A stretch of 63,377 bases of DNA, filler included, from Octopus bimaculoides (lineage: Eukaryota), in assembly GCF_001194135.2 (NCBI RefSeq). It is 5 parts of 5 records of this genome, joined end to end, with 100 filler letters (N's around TTAATTAATTAA, not from the genome) between each part and the next. Parts side by side here need not be neighbours in the genome. Positions count along the whole stretch, not along the records: positions 31,203 to 46,329 come from NC_068981.1; positions 46,430 to 59,482 come from NC_068996.1; 3 more parts are not named here. The stretch is one strand, 5' to 3'. Both the position numbers and the translations under genes were made by a program. How positions within the stretch are numbered: the first letter of the stretch is position 1; each line of letters begins with the position of its first letter. Positions 39,919 through 52,634 of the stretch are shown piece after piece. The notes under the pieces are model-generated. The model was not told the origin of the DNA. It did not search any database and saw nothing but the letters and a program-made list of their open reading frames with translations.

Positions 39919-41054
39919 TATATNNNNNNNNNNNNNNNNNNNNNNNNNNNNNNNNNNNNNNNNNNNNNNNNNNNNNNNNNNNNNNNNNNNNNNNNNNNNN
40001 NNNNNNNNNNNNNNNNNNNNNNNNNNNNNNNNNNNNNNNNNNNNNNNNNNNNNNNNNNNNNNNNNNNNNNNNNNNNNNNNNNNNNNNNNNNATATATATT
40101 ATAAAATTCAAAATCTGTGTCCTCCCACAATTTTAGCAAAAATGGTGCAGCTATAAAATGTTTCAACAGAAATTACGTTAGCCCCTAGTGTCTAAGATAC
40201 CTTCCCTATTATTTCTGACGCTGGAACCTTGAAAACCTTTTCTTTTATTATCATCATTATTAATTTATAAATGTTGATTATTGTATAAACATAGAAAAGT
40301 AATATTCAACACATACGCTCACTTGCTCAGCAGCAAATAGGCACACATGCGCACGCCCGCGCGCACACACACCTACACACACACACCTACACACACACTT
40401 ACACACACACGCGTATACACACCCCTACTCACACATACGCATGTACACCCATAAGCACTCACCACTTATACATACATATGCAAATACACGCATAAGCACG
40501 CACACACACTCACACTTACACACACATACGCAAATACACACACACCTACAGACATACGCATATACATGCATAAACATACACATACACACTTACACACCCA
40601 TACGCATATACACGCACAAGCACACACACATCGTAAAAAAAGCGTTGTTAGTGTAAAAAAAAAAATGTTTCTTTTGTGCTTTGATGTTCACAAAACGATT
40701 TGGTTAGGTGTGGAGGTTATTAGTCTGTATGTTTCCGTCCAGAAGTTCATAGTTCTATAAGCAATTTGATTAGTATATAGAGATTTTTAACCCTTGTGCT
40801 TTATGAAGGCTGAGTTTGTGGACTGTGTTTATAAATATATTTCTTCAGTTGTGTTTCAAATGTAGGTATTTTATAATGAATTACTTTTAAGTTTCTGGAT
40901 ATATGCGAAAGTGGGGCATTATAAAAGGGATGTATATCTTCATTTACAAAGTGGGGGGATATTTAATAATAAAAAAATTTAAAAGACAGAAGGAGAAAGA
41001 TTAAAAAGGATTATGAAAGAAAAGAGTCTTACAACTAGTTGGATGAACATGGGT

Positions 41055-41117
<63 letters not shown>

Positions 41118-41225
41118 AGAAAGATATAGGGCAGGGAATTGTTAATCAATTAATAAATTAATAATTAACAATTTTGCCGAGTAGTTCAGTATGCAAAAAA
41201 CCTTTATCGGTAAAACATTTATAAT

Positions 41226-41388
41226 TATAAACATATAGGGATCAGCAAAAGTTGCTTCACCAACGATATTCATGAATATCGCTATCCGTTGGAGACTTAA
41301 TTGTAGTTAGAATTAGTAGTTTTAACTGCTATTTCTAAATTTTCAGTATGTTGGTGAAGCAACTTTTGCTGATCCCTATATGTTTATA
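41226..41388. repeat. Perfect 39-bp inverted repeat with an internal 18-bp palindrome
   Basis: TATAAACATATAGGGATCAGCAAAAGTTGCTTCACCAAC (41226-41264) pairs with 41350-41388. CGATATTCATGAATATCG lies at 41264-41281. Confidence 0.9.
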
Positions 41389-42563
41389 TATATATATATC
41401 AGTGGCGACTCTGGCACTCGGACTGTTCGGGATTAGCCCGAGTACAAATTCAGTAAAGTGAACGTGTAGTTATTTGCAAGCTGATTTAATTTCTGCCAAC
41501 ACTGACTTCAAGTATGTAATTGCAGCCAATAACTCGGGCTCCTTTTATTGAGCCTCATCGCAGTTTATTCATTTTCGTTCAGTGCCTGGCGGTCGTCTAA
41601 GAGGTACCCTGTGTCAAAAAATATCATTCGTAGCAGACGTTCTTTCGACATCGTTCACAGGCGCCTGACTCGGGCTCAGAAGTTACAGCCCGAGTTGTTA
41701 TCTATTAAAAATAATTCAAAAATTAAAAGTAATTCAAATTCAATTTTCTCTTGAAATAATAAATTTCTATAGAGATTAAGATTTAAATTCCAATCTATGA
41801 AAAATTTCCATTCTACGATATTCTTAAAGGGACGAAAAATGATCCAGCAACTCGAGCTAGTACGAACGGGCCTGGTAGGTGTAAAAGACTAACTGGCATC
41901 TTTTGTCAAGAGTACAGGCGACAGTCAGATCGTTGATGTTCGTTCTGCACTGCGCTGTCGTTATTTGATTGCTGTGATTCTGTGCGTCTGTATGTAAAGA
42001 TCGGTTGTGTTTTGCAGGGTTGCTTTATTTTTACCCTTAACTTAGAAATGGAGAAAGACATAATGCTAGACATAAAAAAATAAGCTATCTGGGGCTAGAC
42101 ATATTGCGGGAAAACGTGAAATTCTTCGAGCAGGCATGTGTTTTATATATATCATGTTATAGTGACAAAAATAACGTTACCGTCTAGTATTGTTGCTACT
42201 TATATCTCTTTTAGAGATTTTAGAACTAACTCTTTTGTTCGTTGCGAGATCAGCGGCTGTCTGTCGCTTCTCTGTTTATATATTGTGAGTAGGGACGATT
42301 GACTGTCATCTCTAGCATGCAGATGTCCAGTGCCTATGAAGGGTAATGGTCTTGCCAAGCTGGAGGGGAAAGATTCGCTCTCTTACTCACTAGATATCGG
42401 ACACAGGTTGAGTGTCGTTAACCAGCTGGGAAAGACGTTTTCCTGGGATTAAAATGTAGAAACATTGTTCTTTTGCTATGTTATAGTGGCAAAGAAACGT
42501 TACCGTCTAGTATTTTTACTACTTATAGCTCATTTAGAGATTTTAGAACTATTTTGCTCGTTT

Positions 42564-42613
<50 letters not shown>

Positions 42614-42954
42614 TCAAAACAGAAGATTGGAAAATGTTTTGGCATTATTTATTGATCTGCAGAAAATATTTCCCAGTATTTTCAACTCGTATACATATCT
42701 CATACAAATATAGCATCTACATGCAGATTCGAAATACTATGTGCTTCAAGAGGAAACAACTTGGTTTTTAACCCTATTTACACAATATACATTTTTTTTT
42801 TCTAAATAGAATTATAAGACTTCACCGTATATTGACAATAGAAAATGGTCTAATATTAAATCTACTTACAAAATTTCAATCACCACCGTTTCCTAATTCA
42901 CGCAGAATTCGCACGTCACTGCAATGTTCCAAAGGTCCCAGCTGTCCTATCTAG

Positions 42955-43256
42955 AGTAAGGACCTTGTACTGCAACAGCTTGGGATTCAAGGACCTACAG
43001 CTATTAAACGCCTTGCCAAAATATCTGAGGGGTTTTCATGGAGTGGGGGTAGATGTTTTCAAGAAACAACTTGACCACTTGCTATCCAAGGTCCCAGATG
43101 AAGAAATATCAAGGCAGGAAACTCAAAAGAGGGCAGCAGTGTGAAACTCTTTCCTTCACCAAAAACCAATCACATAAAATTGGCCATTGGAAAGGTGATT
43201 ACACTGGCGGTGCCCCAGCATGGTCACAGTCTTAGGGCTGAAACCCATAAAAGAAT
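42955..43256 (+). mobile_element. CR1/L2-type LINE 3' end, related to the 2490-3050 copy
   Basis: LYCNSLGFKDLQLLNALPKYLRGFHGVGVDVFKKQLDHLLSKVPDE, then a GGCGGTGCCCCAGCATGG...GCTGAAAC tail. Confidence 0.85.
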
Positions 43257-43701
43257 ATATATATATAGGAGCACTCCGTCGGTTATAACGACGAGGGTGA
43301 TCAACGGAACAGCTTGCTCGTGAAATTAACGTGTAATTGGCTGAGCACTCCACAGACACGTGTACCCTTAATGTAGTTCTCAGGGAGATTCGGCTTGACA
43401 CAGAGTGTGACAAAATACAGGTACTAATCACTCACGACCTTACATTCGTGAGTCACGCGCCTGCCTTCACAGACACACACATGCATGTGTNNNNNNNNNN
43501 NNNNNNNNNNNNNNNNNNNNNNNNNNNNNNNNNNNNNNNNNNNNNNNNNNNNNNNNNNNNNNNNNNNNNNNNNNNNNNNNNNNNNNNNNNNNNNNNNNNN
43601 NNNNNNNNNNNNNNNNNNNNNNNNNNNNNNNNNNNNNNNNNNNNNNNNNNNNNNNNNNNNNNNNNNNNNNNNNNNNNNNNNNNNNNNATATATATATACA
43701 T

Positions 43702-43793
<92 letters not shown>

Positions 43794-44244
43794 TCATGGC
43801 TGGTAGTATTCTTGATAGGTCTTTTCACTTAGAGTTGACTGGGTTAAACAAGAACAAGAGAAGCGAATGGAAAAATTCTAGAAGGATGAAACATCAGTCT
43901 TCTTGATAGTTCTTATCTGATGCAAAACAAGTGATATTGGGAGAGAAAATCAACCAATCAATAGACTTGGTATCGATTATTCCATCTACCTATTGATCTG
44001 CACGTGAAAGCCATAATTAAACAATGGAACAATGAAAGTGGATAATGGATGTAAGCGGCCATTTTTGGTGGTATAACGCAAAGAGACTCCCTAATGTTCC
44101 ATGGTTGTATTGTTGTATTTATATACGTATCTATGTATGTGTGTATGCATGTGTGTGAGAGTGCGTGGGAGTGTTTGACTGTTACCTTTTCTTTGTGTAT
44201 AGAGAGATTGTATAGGAACAGACGTTACAAAAATACAAATGCAA

Positions 44245-44307
<63 letters not shown>

Positions 44308-44728
44308 CACATATGCATTCACACACACATATACACACACATGCTTATAAGCGCGCGCAGATATGCGTGTGTGTATTGAGTATATTCATGTAATATGCTA
44401 ATACACAGATTAGGCCCACACAGAGAACGACTTAACTGTATGTGTATATTATGTGAAGAGACATATGTGAGTGCACGTATACAGATATGTGTTTGAAAGT
44501 GTCCTCATATGTGTCATCTCTTAAATACAGTTATGGATGATTATTTTAGTAGTATTTTCAATCAATTACTTCCCTCAGTCTTGCACGCAGAAAATGTGTG
44601 TAAGTCTGTGTATGTATATGTATGTCAGTAAGTATATATGTATCTGCATGTGTATGTGTGTGTATGTGTGTGTATGTGTGTGTATGTATGTGTGTGTGTG
44701 TATATATATGCATATATATATATATACA

Positions 44729-44783
<55 letters not shown>

Positions 44784-44843
44784 TTAAGTATATCCTTATA
44801 TGTATAAATATATACATTCGCATATATTTGTATGTACATGTGC

Positions 44844-44883
<40 letters not shown>

Positions 44884-45215
44884 TCATAGGCACATATATA
44901 TTGACATGTATGTGTACATATGTTTATTTATTATACACACAAACGCATTCCTATATTTATATATAAATATATATATTATATATAAATGTGTGTGTGCATA
45001 TATGTGCATGTATATATATGTATGTATATGCACATGCATTCATATTTATATATGTGTGTATATGCACATATATAGTCTATGATATATATATATATATACA
45101 CTATGATACAGAGATGTCATCGTATATACGTATACATACATTCAAACATTTATCTGTAATTTCTTTTGATGTCTACATAACAATGCATTAATATGTCTTT
45201 CGGTTTTCGTTTCAG

Positions 45216-45277
45216 GGACCATAGGTTAGCACTGAAGCGCCCGGGTGGCGATGAAAATGACGCCGACTTCAAAAAAG
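45216..45277 (+). CDS. Internal coding exon (62 nt, phase 2 to 1) of the unknown tail-anchored protein gene
   Basis: Strong acceptor ggttttcgtttcag; the single open frame is DHRLALKRPGGDENDADFKK; donor G|gtgaga. Confidence 0.7.
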
Positions 45278-46278
45278 GTGAGAACCACTCAGACAGTTTC
45301 TCTTAGCTATTGCATTAACTCCAACAGCCGACGTCACTGGTGATATCTCGGCAAGCCGAAACGAGATTTGGCGAGAGTTTCGCAGTTACCTTGCTAAAAC
45401 CGACACCTTTCGACAACCGGGTGAATGGAAAAATCCATGTCCTCTCGGGCCGAAACGTAAAAGTGGCATTCGATTTAAGAGCACTCACTTCTTTTTGTTA
45501 TTATTGGTTACGTTGTTGTCGTTGTTGCTGTTTTATTTATTTATTTTTAATATTTCCACATCTCTCTTTCATTTTCTTTTCTCTTTGTATTTTTTTATAA
45601 GATTAGAGTATTTTCTTGAAATATTAATGACCTTGGTAATTAAATATAAAGAGTTCTTGTCGGCACTATCATTAAAAAAATATCGTCACCAAGTCTCTTT
45701 ACACTTCGTCAGGCCTTTAATCTAATTTACCATTCAGTTAAGGCGGGTGCACACCTGTTCCCCGGGAACTAGCTTTTGGTAGACACCGCTTTGCCACAAA
45801 ATTATCGTCTGTTAAGGCACAGCCATATATATAAACAGAGACAAAACTTTCATCTTTTCCTCTCCCTTCTCATCTATTTACTCTTCATGGATGAATATTT
45901 GTACCAAGCGAGATCTCTGGCAGCTGTTCACAGAATAAATTAATACTTGTATTTGTCTATCTAATTGCGTATGTACGTATGCGTCTGTGTTAGTTCATTT
46001 GTGTATATGAATTTTGGGTGTGGATCTGTGTTTCTGCATGTATATAGACGCATTATGTACGGTGCGTACCTATGTGTGTTTCTATGTATATATGTATGTG
46101 TGTGTGTACACACACATACACACGCACATGCATGACACAAATATTAGATATATATTAGCTTACGTCGTGTGCATGAATAAGTATATGTATATATGTATGT
46201 ATGCATGTATAGATAAATAGATACATACATGCATACATAATTACACGCACACACTTACATACATACATACATACATAC

Positions 46279-46329
<51 letters not shown>

Positions 46330-46605
46330 NNNNNNNNNNNNNNNNNNNNNNNNNNNNNNNNNNNNNNNNNNNNTTAATTAATTAANNNNNNNNNNNNNNN
46401 NNNNNNNNNNNNNNNNNNNNNNNNNNNNNGCAAACATAATTTTCTTATGGTTTCTTAAACATTCACTTGAACAAAACTGTACAAATCCAAATATATGGTA
46501 CCCTAGGCATAACACCTACATGAACTTCTAACTTGTTGTCTCTTGAGGTCTCTGGGTGAGACTTGGATCCAACTTGTACAAATGCAAAACAAAAGTCAAA
46601 CATAA

Positions 46606-46637
<32 letters not shown>

Positions 46638-46698
46638 TAATAATAATAATAATAACAATAATAATAATAATAATAACAACAACAACAACAACAACAGC

Positions 46699-46742
<44 letters not shown>

Positions 46743-46898
46743 TAACAACAACAACAATAATAATAATAACAATAACAATAATGATAATGATGATAATAAT
46801 AATAATATTTACTCATACATGTATATATATATATATAGAGAGGGGGGAGTGAGGGAGAGAGAGAGAGAGAAAGAGAGGGGGGCTGAAAAGAGTTAGAC

Positions 46899-47186
46899 CA
46901 GTGTTTCTCAACCATTTTTCTCCTATGGAACCTTTTGATTCTTTTTTTTTTTTTTACTTGGATGAACCTTCATAACCATTCCATGTTTTAAAAAATCCTA
47001 TTATACTTTTATAATTAAATAAAGCTAAGAATTCCATAAAAAGAAAAATAAATGTTAAAATAATATTTTGTGCATTGTACAAAAAACCAAATTATTGCAC
47101 TTAAATTTTAACATGTTACAATAAACTCCTCCCCAACCACACCCCGCCCCAGCAAAGGTCATATGGACCTCGGTTAAGAATCACTG
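46899..47186. mobile_element. hAT (Charlie-like) MITE, 288 bp
   Basis: TIRs CAGTGTTTCTCAACC / GGTTAAGAATCACTG and an 8-bp TSD AGTTAGAC / AATTAGAC (7/8 match). Confidence 0.85.
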
Positions 47187-47683
47187 AATTAGACAAAAAA
47201 TTAAGAAATATACGGAAAGCGAGAGGCAAAGGAAGCAATTTAACAGACAGGCAGACAGGCAGACAGACAAGCAAACAACGTGACAGACAAAAACTCGGAA
47301 ATACGTACGCATGTTTGGATAGATAGCAATCCGTTTTCCATTCCCCAACCTTTATGTATAAATAGGTCTCAAAACTGTACACCATTCCCCCAAACAGAGA
47401 AGTTTTACTCAAAATGTTTATAAATATATATACGCTTTCTCAATTACGTGTGTTAGTATCATCCGGTCGACTCACAAAACTAATGTGAACAAATATGCTC
47501 TGACATGAATGAAAAAAGCTAGGCGTGAAAACGTCCTTTGACGTAATATGAAAGCCATGTCACGTAGCTCATACGTTACACACACACATACACACATGTA
47601 TATATATATATATATTTATATTTATATGTAATGCATAGAGATTAGATTCAGTGTGTAAGACAGACAGATGACCGTCACTACAG

Positions 47684-47787
47684 TAAACACTTGGAATGAA
47701 AGTAGAAAAACTTTCGCCTCTACACCAAGAAAGAAATCGCTGATCAGTTTACCAATTATTTCGGAAAGAAATGTTGTTACAGACATG
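47684..47787 (+). CDS. Internal coding exon (104 nt, phase 1 to 0) of the unknown tail-anchored protein gene
   Basis: Acceptor ccgtcactacag (moderate); frame VNTWNESRKTFASTPRKKSLISLPIISERNVVTDM; donor ATG|gttagt. It converts phase 1 to the phase 0 needed by 54739. Confidence 0.55.
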
Positions 47788-47868
47788 GTTAGTATTTATT
47801 TATCTATTTTACTTGTGTGTGTGTATGTGTGTGTGTGTTTGTGTACTCGCCCGTGCGTATATCCATGC

Positions 47869-47934
<66 letters not shown>

Positions 47935-47989
47935 AAACACACACACATACACAGACACACACATAAATACACACACATACACAGACACA

Positions 47990-48028
<39 letters not shown>

Positions 48029-48261
48029 ACACACATATATTTTATTTCTTTTATAAGTTTCAGCCCACAAGTTTATAAGTAGGCTGTTATATCCATGGTA
48101 CTTGTGTAAATTTTTGTTACCCTGACAACTATTTATTATTTGTTTTCCGTATTATCTGTAAACATTGAAAAACCACACATACAAGTGTCTTCTACTATAG
48201 CTTCGGGCCGACCAAACCCTTGTGAGTGGATTTGGTAGACGGAAACTGAAAGAATCCCATC

Positions 48262-48328
<67 letters not shown>

Positions 48329-48501
48329 TGTTGTTTTTTTTTGTCTAGTTTTAATAAAATCAATTTTGTATTAAACTGAAAGATTACTCAGTCCTTTTTA
48401 TAGAGTACAAATTTATTATTCTTTTACAAGAATATCGTTGACAGTGATTTCGAAGTATCGGCTTGCCTACCCGGCATCGGACAATGTGTGCGTGTGCGTG
48501 C

Positions 48502-48540
<39 letters not shown>

Positions 48541-48554
48541 TGTGTGTGTATGAA

Positions 48555-48820
48555 GGCCCTTGGCCTACTGGTTAGGATGTTGCACTTACAATTAGTAGAT
48601 CGCGGTTTCCATTCCTAGCCCTGGCCATGCGTTGTGCTCAGGAATTAGACACTTCTTTTCAAGCTGCTCTGCGATCATTTCGTCATCTGACAGTTTGGCA
48701 CACTTGTGCACGTGTACAGGCCACGTCGATAGGATGGAGGGAGTGAGTTTATGAAAGCACAAACACTTCATTGATATGAACAAATACTCAGTGTAGTTGC
48801 ATAGCAAGAAATCGTGGTAT
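48555..48820 (+). mobile_element. Decayed tRNA-derived SINE
   Basis: GGCCCTTGGCCTACTGGTTAGG...GGTTTCCATTCCT head with a GCGTTGTG motif similar to the other SINE heads. Confidence 0.5.
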
Positions 48821-48870
48821 CCTCGTCAGCTGTTTAACGAGGCGAGAGTCCATAATATAACTAGGTAGTC

Positions 48871-48926
<56 letters not shown>

Positions 48927-48957
48927 GGTCGGACAGAGAGACTGACAGACAGAGAGT

Positions 48958-48993
<36 letters not shown>

Positions 48994-49093
48994 NNNNNNN
49001 NNNNNNNNNNNNNNNNNNNNNNNNNNNNNNNNNNNNNNNNNNNNNNNNNNNNNNNNNNNNNNNNNNNNNNNNNNNNNNNNNNNNNNNNNNNNN

Positions 49094-49139
<46 letters not shown>

Positions 49140-49635
49140 CGTTTAGCCTTCACCAATTCCATCCGCCCTTTTGACAGGTCTTGTTTTTAGTCTCCCTGGT
49201 TTCTAGCAACCCTCCTCACCGGGTATGCCTAGTGGGAGTGGGTAGGGCGGCCTAGTCGCCGACAACCCGACAGTGCACCAGGTTCTACTGGATTCCATGT
49301 TACCAATAGCGCTCATGAGAAACCTTACAAATGACCAGGGGCCGGAAGACCACTAGGAGTAAGGCACGCCCTCTCTCTAAGAGAAGGTCACTTTAACACA
49401 AAACCAGATATGCATGGAATGGCATCAAACATTTTGGAGATCTTTCACTTTTGTTTGAAATCATGATGTTCTCATATTCCTCAGACCCTGTTGGCACTGG
49501 ATATCTTGGCCTGACTTGTTTCTGGATCATACCAATAGGATGAAGTGATGTACAAGCCTTATCCGACCTAAAATATCAGGTTGCGCAATCGTCGGTGCAG
49601 CGACTTTCTGATGCATCTATGTGTTTGTATGCATG

Positions 49636-49672
<37 letters not shown>

Positions 49673-50189
49673 TCCAAGGATCGAGATGTAGGAAGAAGGT
49701 GAGCTTCAAGCAATCCGTAGAAAATATAAAAAACAACTTTCAGGGACAATAATGGTTTATTGGGCCGGAAGGTTATGGATTTTTTTTTTCCGTATCGAAG
49801 TACGTTAAGCTGAAAAACCTTATTTTATATTTCGCGTACCTGGCAACCAGGGTTGCCAGGTACGCGAATGTGCCTCCTAACAGTAATCAGTAATGTGAAT
49901 TTGATTTAATGAAGATACCTTCGGTCTGTGATTATCCAGCGGTATACACCTCACTTGGATATTGATCAATTCTGCTATTCCGCTCCCTATGAAATATATG
50001 CAGCCCGGATTTTATCTACACAATTCCTTAATTCTTACACACACACACTCACATACACACACACATTATTGTGTTTGGGGAGAGTCATTCTGTCTTAATG
50101 CCATATTAATTAACACACTCGCCGGTTCGATTTCCACTCATTTATTTTTTCTAAAATTTTCGTTGCTTCCTGCAACCTCTTCAATAGTT

Positions 50190-50650
50190 GTCGCTTTACT
50201 ATATAGATGACATTGATATTCTAGCTAGGACAAACTCTAGTAACTGTAGTGTAGAAACCGAGAGGAGCATAATGGAGAGCATCCAGCACATAGCTAACTC
50301 CATCCACCAAAGTATCAAGGTAACTCCAGTTTACCCCACTAACAATAGATTCCCTGTCCTTGACACTGAACTGTGGTTAGAGACTGTGAACAATAGAGTG
50401 CAGCTCCTCCATTCATCTTAGCTTCTAAAAACTCATAGCTTCTAAATATCCTGTTCACAAGAACTCAGCTTTACCACACAACATGAAAATCAACATACTG
50501 ATAGCAGACCTAGGATAATGCACAACGTGTGTCCCCCAATGCGAACCCTATGAAACAAAGAAATATGTACAGAACTTCATGCACTGCATGCAATTCTCTG
50601 GATATGACCAGAAAGATAGGGTTCAGGTATACAGGGAAGCTAGAAGTTAG
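50190..50650 (+). mobile_element. Penelope-like element RT fragment
   Basis: YYIDDI (YxDD), ANSIHQSIKVT..YP, FPVLD..LW, followed by ...SKYPVHKNSALP..MKINIL and MQFSGY, the typical PLE RT thumb region. Confidence 0.7.
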
Positions 50651-50739
50651 TATCAATAGAAGCTAGAATCAATACTAACTTCAGTATTAGAACCACCAGT
50701 GCCTACGCTAGTGCCAGCACTACCATCACCAACACTCTA

Positions 50740-50890
50740 CAGTCCGCCTTTAACATTACCGTCTGCAATTAACACTACCGTCCGCCATTAACACTACCGT
50801 CTGCAATTAACACTACCGTCTGCAATTAACACTACCGTCCGCCATTAACACTACCGTCTGCAATTAACACCACCGTCCGCCACTAACAAC
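50740..50890. repeat. 19-bp minisatellite, about 8 copies of two variants
   Basis: CCGTCTGCAATTAACACTA and CCGTCCGCCATTAACACTA are interleaved. Confidence 0.9.
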
Positions 50891-51188
50891 AAAACTACTA
50901 TCACCTCCAGCACATCTAAAAGTATTTTACCACCAAAACAGGAACGGTCCAACCCTAAATACAACCAATGTCAATATATGGTGCCTTTAGAGCTGCCAAC
51001 TGGCACAGAATAAAAACTAAGAAAAGACAAAAGACATTTAAATTTTATAGTCATATAAATATCAAGTAGATAGTAAAAGAGGGAAAGACAATAGTTTCTT
51101 CATATAAAATCGGTATAAATGACCACATTTACGCTTAAGGATACTATTCTATTCTCAAGGAGTGCTTTAGAAACCATCATCATTGTCG

Positions 51189-51225
<37 letters not shown>

Positions 51226-51240
51226 TATCATTATTATCAA

Positions 51241-51460
51241 GGCGGCCTGCTGACAGAAACGTTAGCATGCTGGGTAAATATGCTTAGCGGCATTTCGTCC
51301 GCCTTGACGTTCTGAGTTCAAATTCTCCTGAGGTCGACTTTGCCTTTCATCCTTTCGGGGTCGATAAATTAAGTACCAGGGAAACACTGGAGTTGATGTA
51401 ATCAACTTGTACCCTCACCTCCAAATTTCAGGCCTTGTGCCTCTTTAGTAGAAAGGATTA

Positions 51461-51525
<65 letters not shown>
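51241..51525 (+). mobile_element. tRNA-derived SINE (GGTCGACTTTGCCTTTCATCC family) with (ATT)n tail
   Basis: Matches the 24962 copy and ends in TAGTAGAAAGGATT followed by (ATT)n. Confidence 0.85.
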
Positions 51526-52581
51526 GCCTCACCTTTCGCCTTCGCACACTGAACTCTCCTCATTTGCACTTTTCAAAAAACAATAGGACTTTTTTTTTTA
51601 TAGAAGTGTGGGCCTATATGCCTGAGTTTGTACACACACACACGCGCGCGCGCGCACACCCCCACACACACACCCACTCACACTTGTTCATTCAGTAGAA
51701 GACACTTTTAAGAGGAATCTGGGAGTGTTAGCTACATCGCTCATCTCACTGTAAACAAACGTACCTAATATCGGTGAATAAACTTTCAAAATGACAATCC
51801 CTTCATTAAAGATTCACTAAAAGATATTAGAGGCGACCTGCTTACAGTACAGTTAACAGTTTATGAAGGAGGGGAAATCGATTGATCGATTCAGCGATTG
51901 TTTCACTCACTAATTGACTAAACAAAAACATTTCTTTAATTCATTTATTTATTTATTTATTTATTTTTGTTAGAAATAGCAATGCACTTATTTCTTCTGT
52001 TTTAAAACAAAAAAGGAGAAAGAATGAGAGAAAAAGCGAAAAGACACGTGTCTAAAAGTATTGATGAACTTTTGGTGGTTTCTAAGAGCTTTATTCTATT
52101 TCCAACCACAGACATACTAACATTCTACTCTCTCTCTCTCTCTCTCTCTATCTCTCTGTCTCTCTCTGTCTCTCTCTCTGTCTCTCTCTCTNNNNNNNNN
52201 NNNNNNNNNNNNNNNNNNNNNNNNNNNNNNNNNNNNNNNNNNNNNNNNNNNNNNNNNNNNNNNNNNNNNNNNNNNNNNNNNNNNNNNNNNNNNNNNNNNN
52301 NNNNNNNNNNNNNNNNNNNNNNNNNNNNNNNNNNNNNNNNNNNNNNNNNNNNNNNNNNNNNNNNNNNNNNNNNNNNNNNNNNNNNNNNNNNNNNNNNNNN
52401 NNNNNNNNNNNNNNNNNNNNNNNNNNNNNNNNNNNNNNNNNNNNNNNNNNNNNNNNNNNNNNNNNNNNNNNNNNNNNNNNNNNNNNNNNNNNNNNNNNNN
52501 NNNNNNNNNNNNNNNNNNNNNNNNNNNNNNNNNNNNNNNNNNNNNNNNNNNNNNNNNNNNNNNNNNNNNNNNNNNNNNNNN

Positions 52582-52634
<53 letters not shown>

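Noticed and set aside
49190-49390. GC-rich stretch resembling an RTE 5' UTR, possible HDV-like ribozyme on the minus strand
   Set aside because: A CCTTAC/GTAAGG P2-like pair exists, but P1 and P3 could not be built.
50740-50890. Regular short repeat as a CRISPR array
   Set aside because: The units are contiguous with no unique spacers, there are no cas genes, and the context is eukaryotic.
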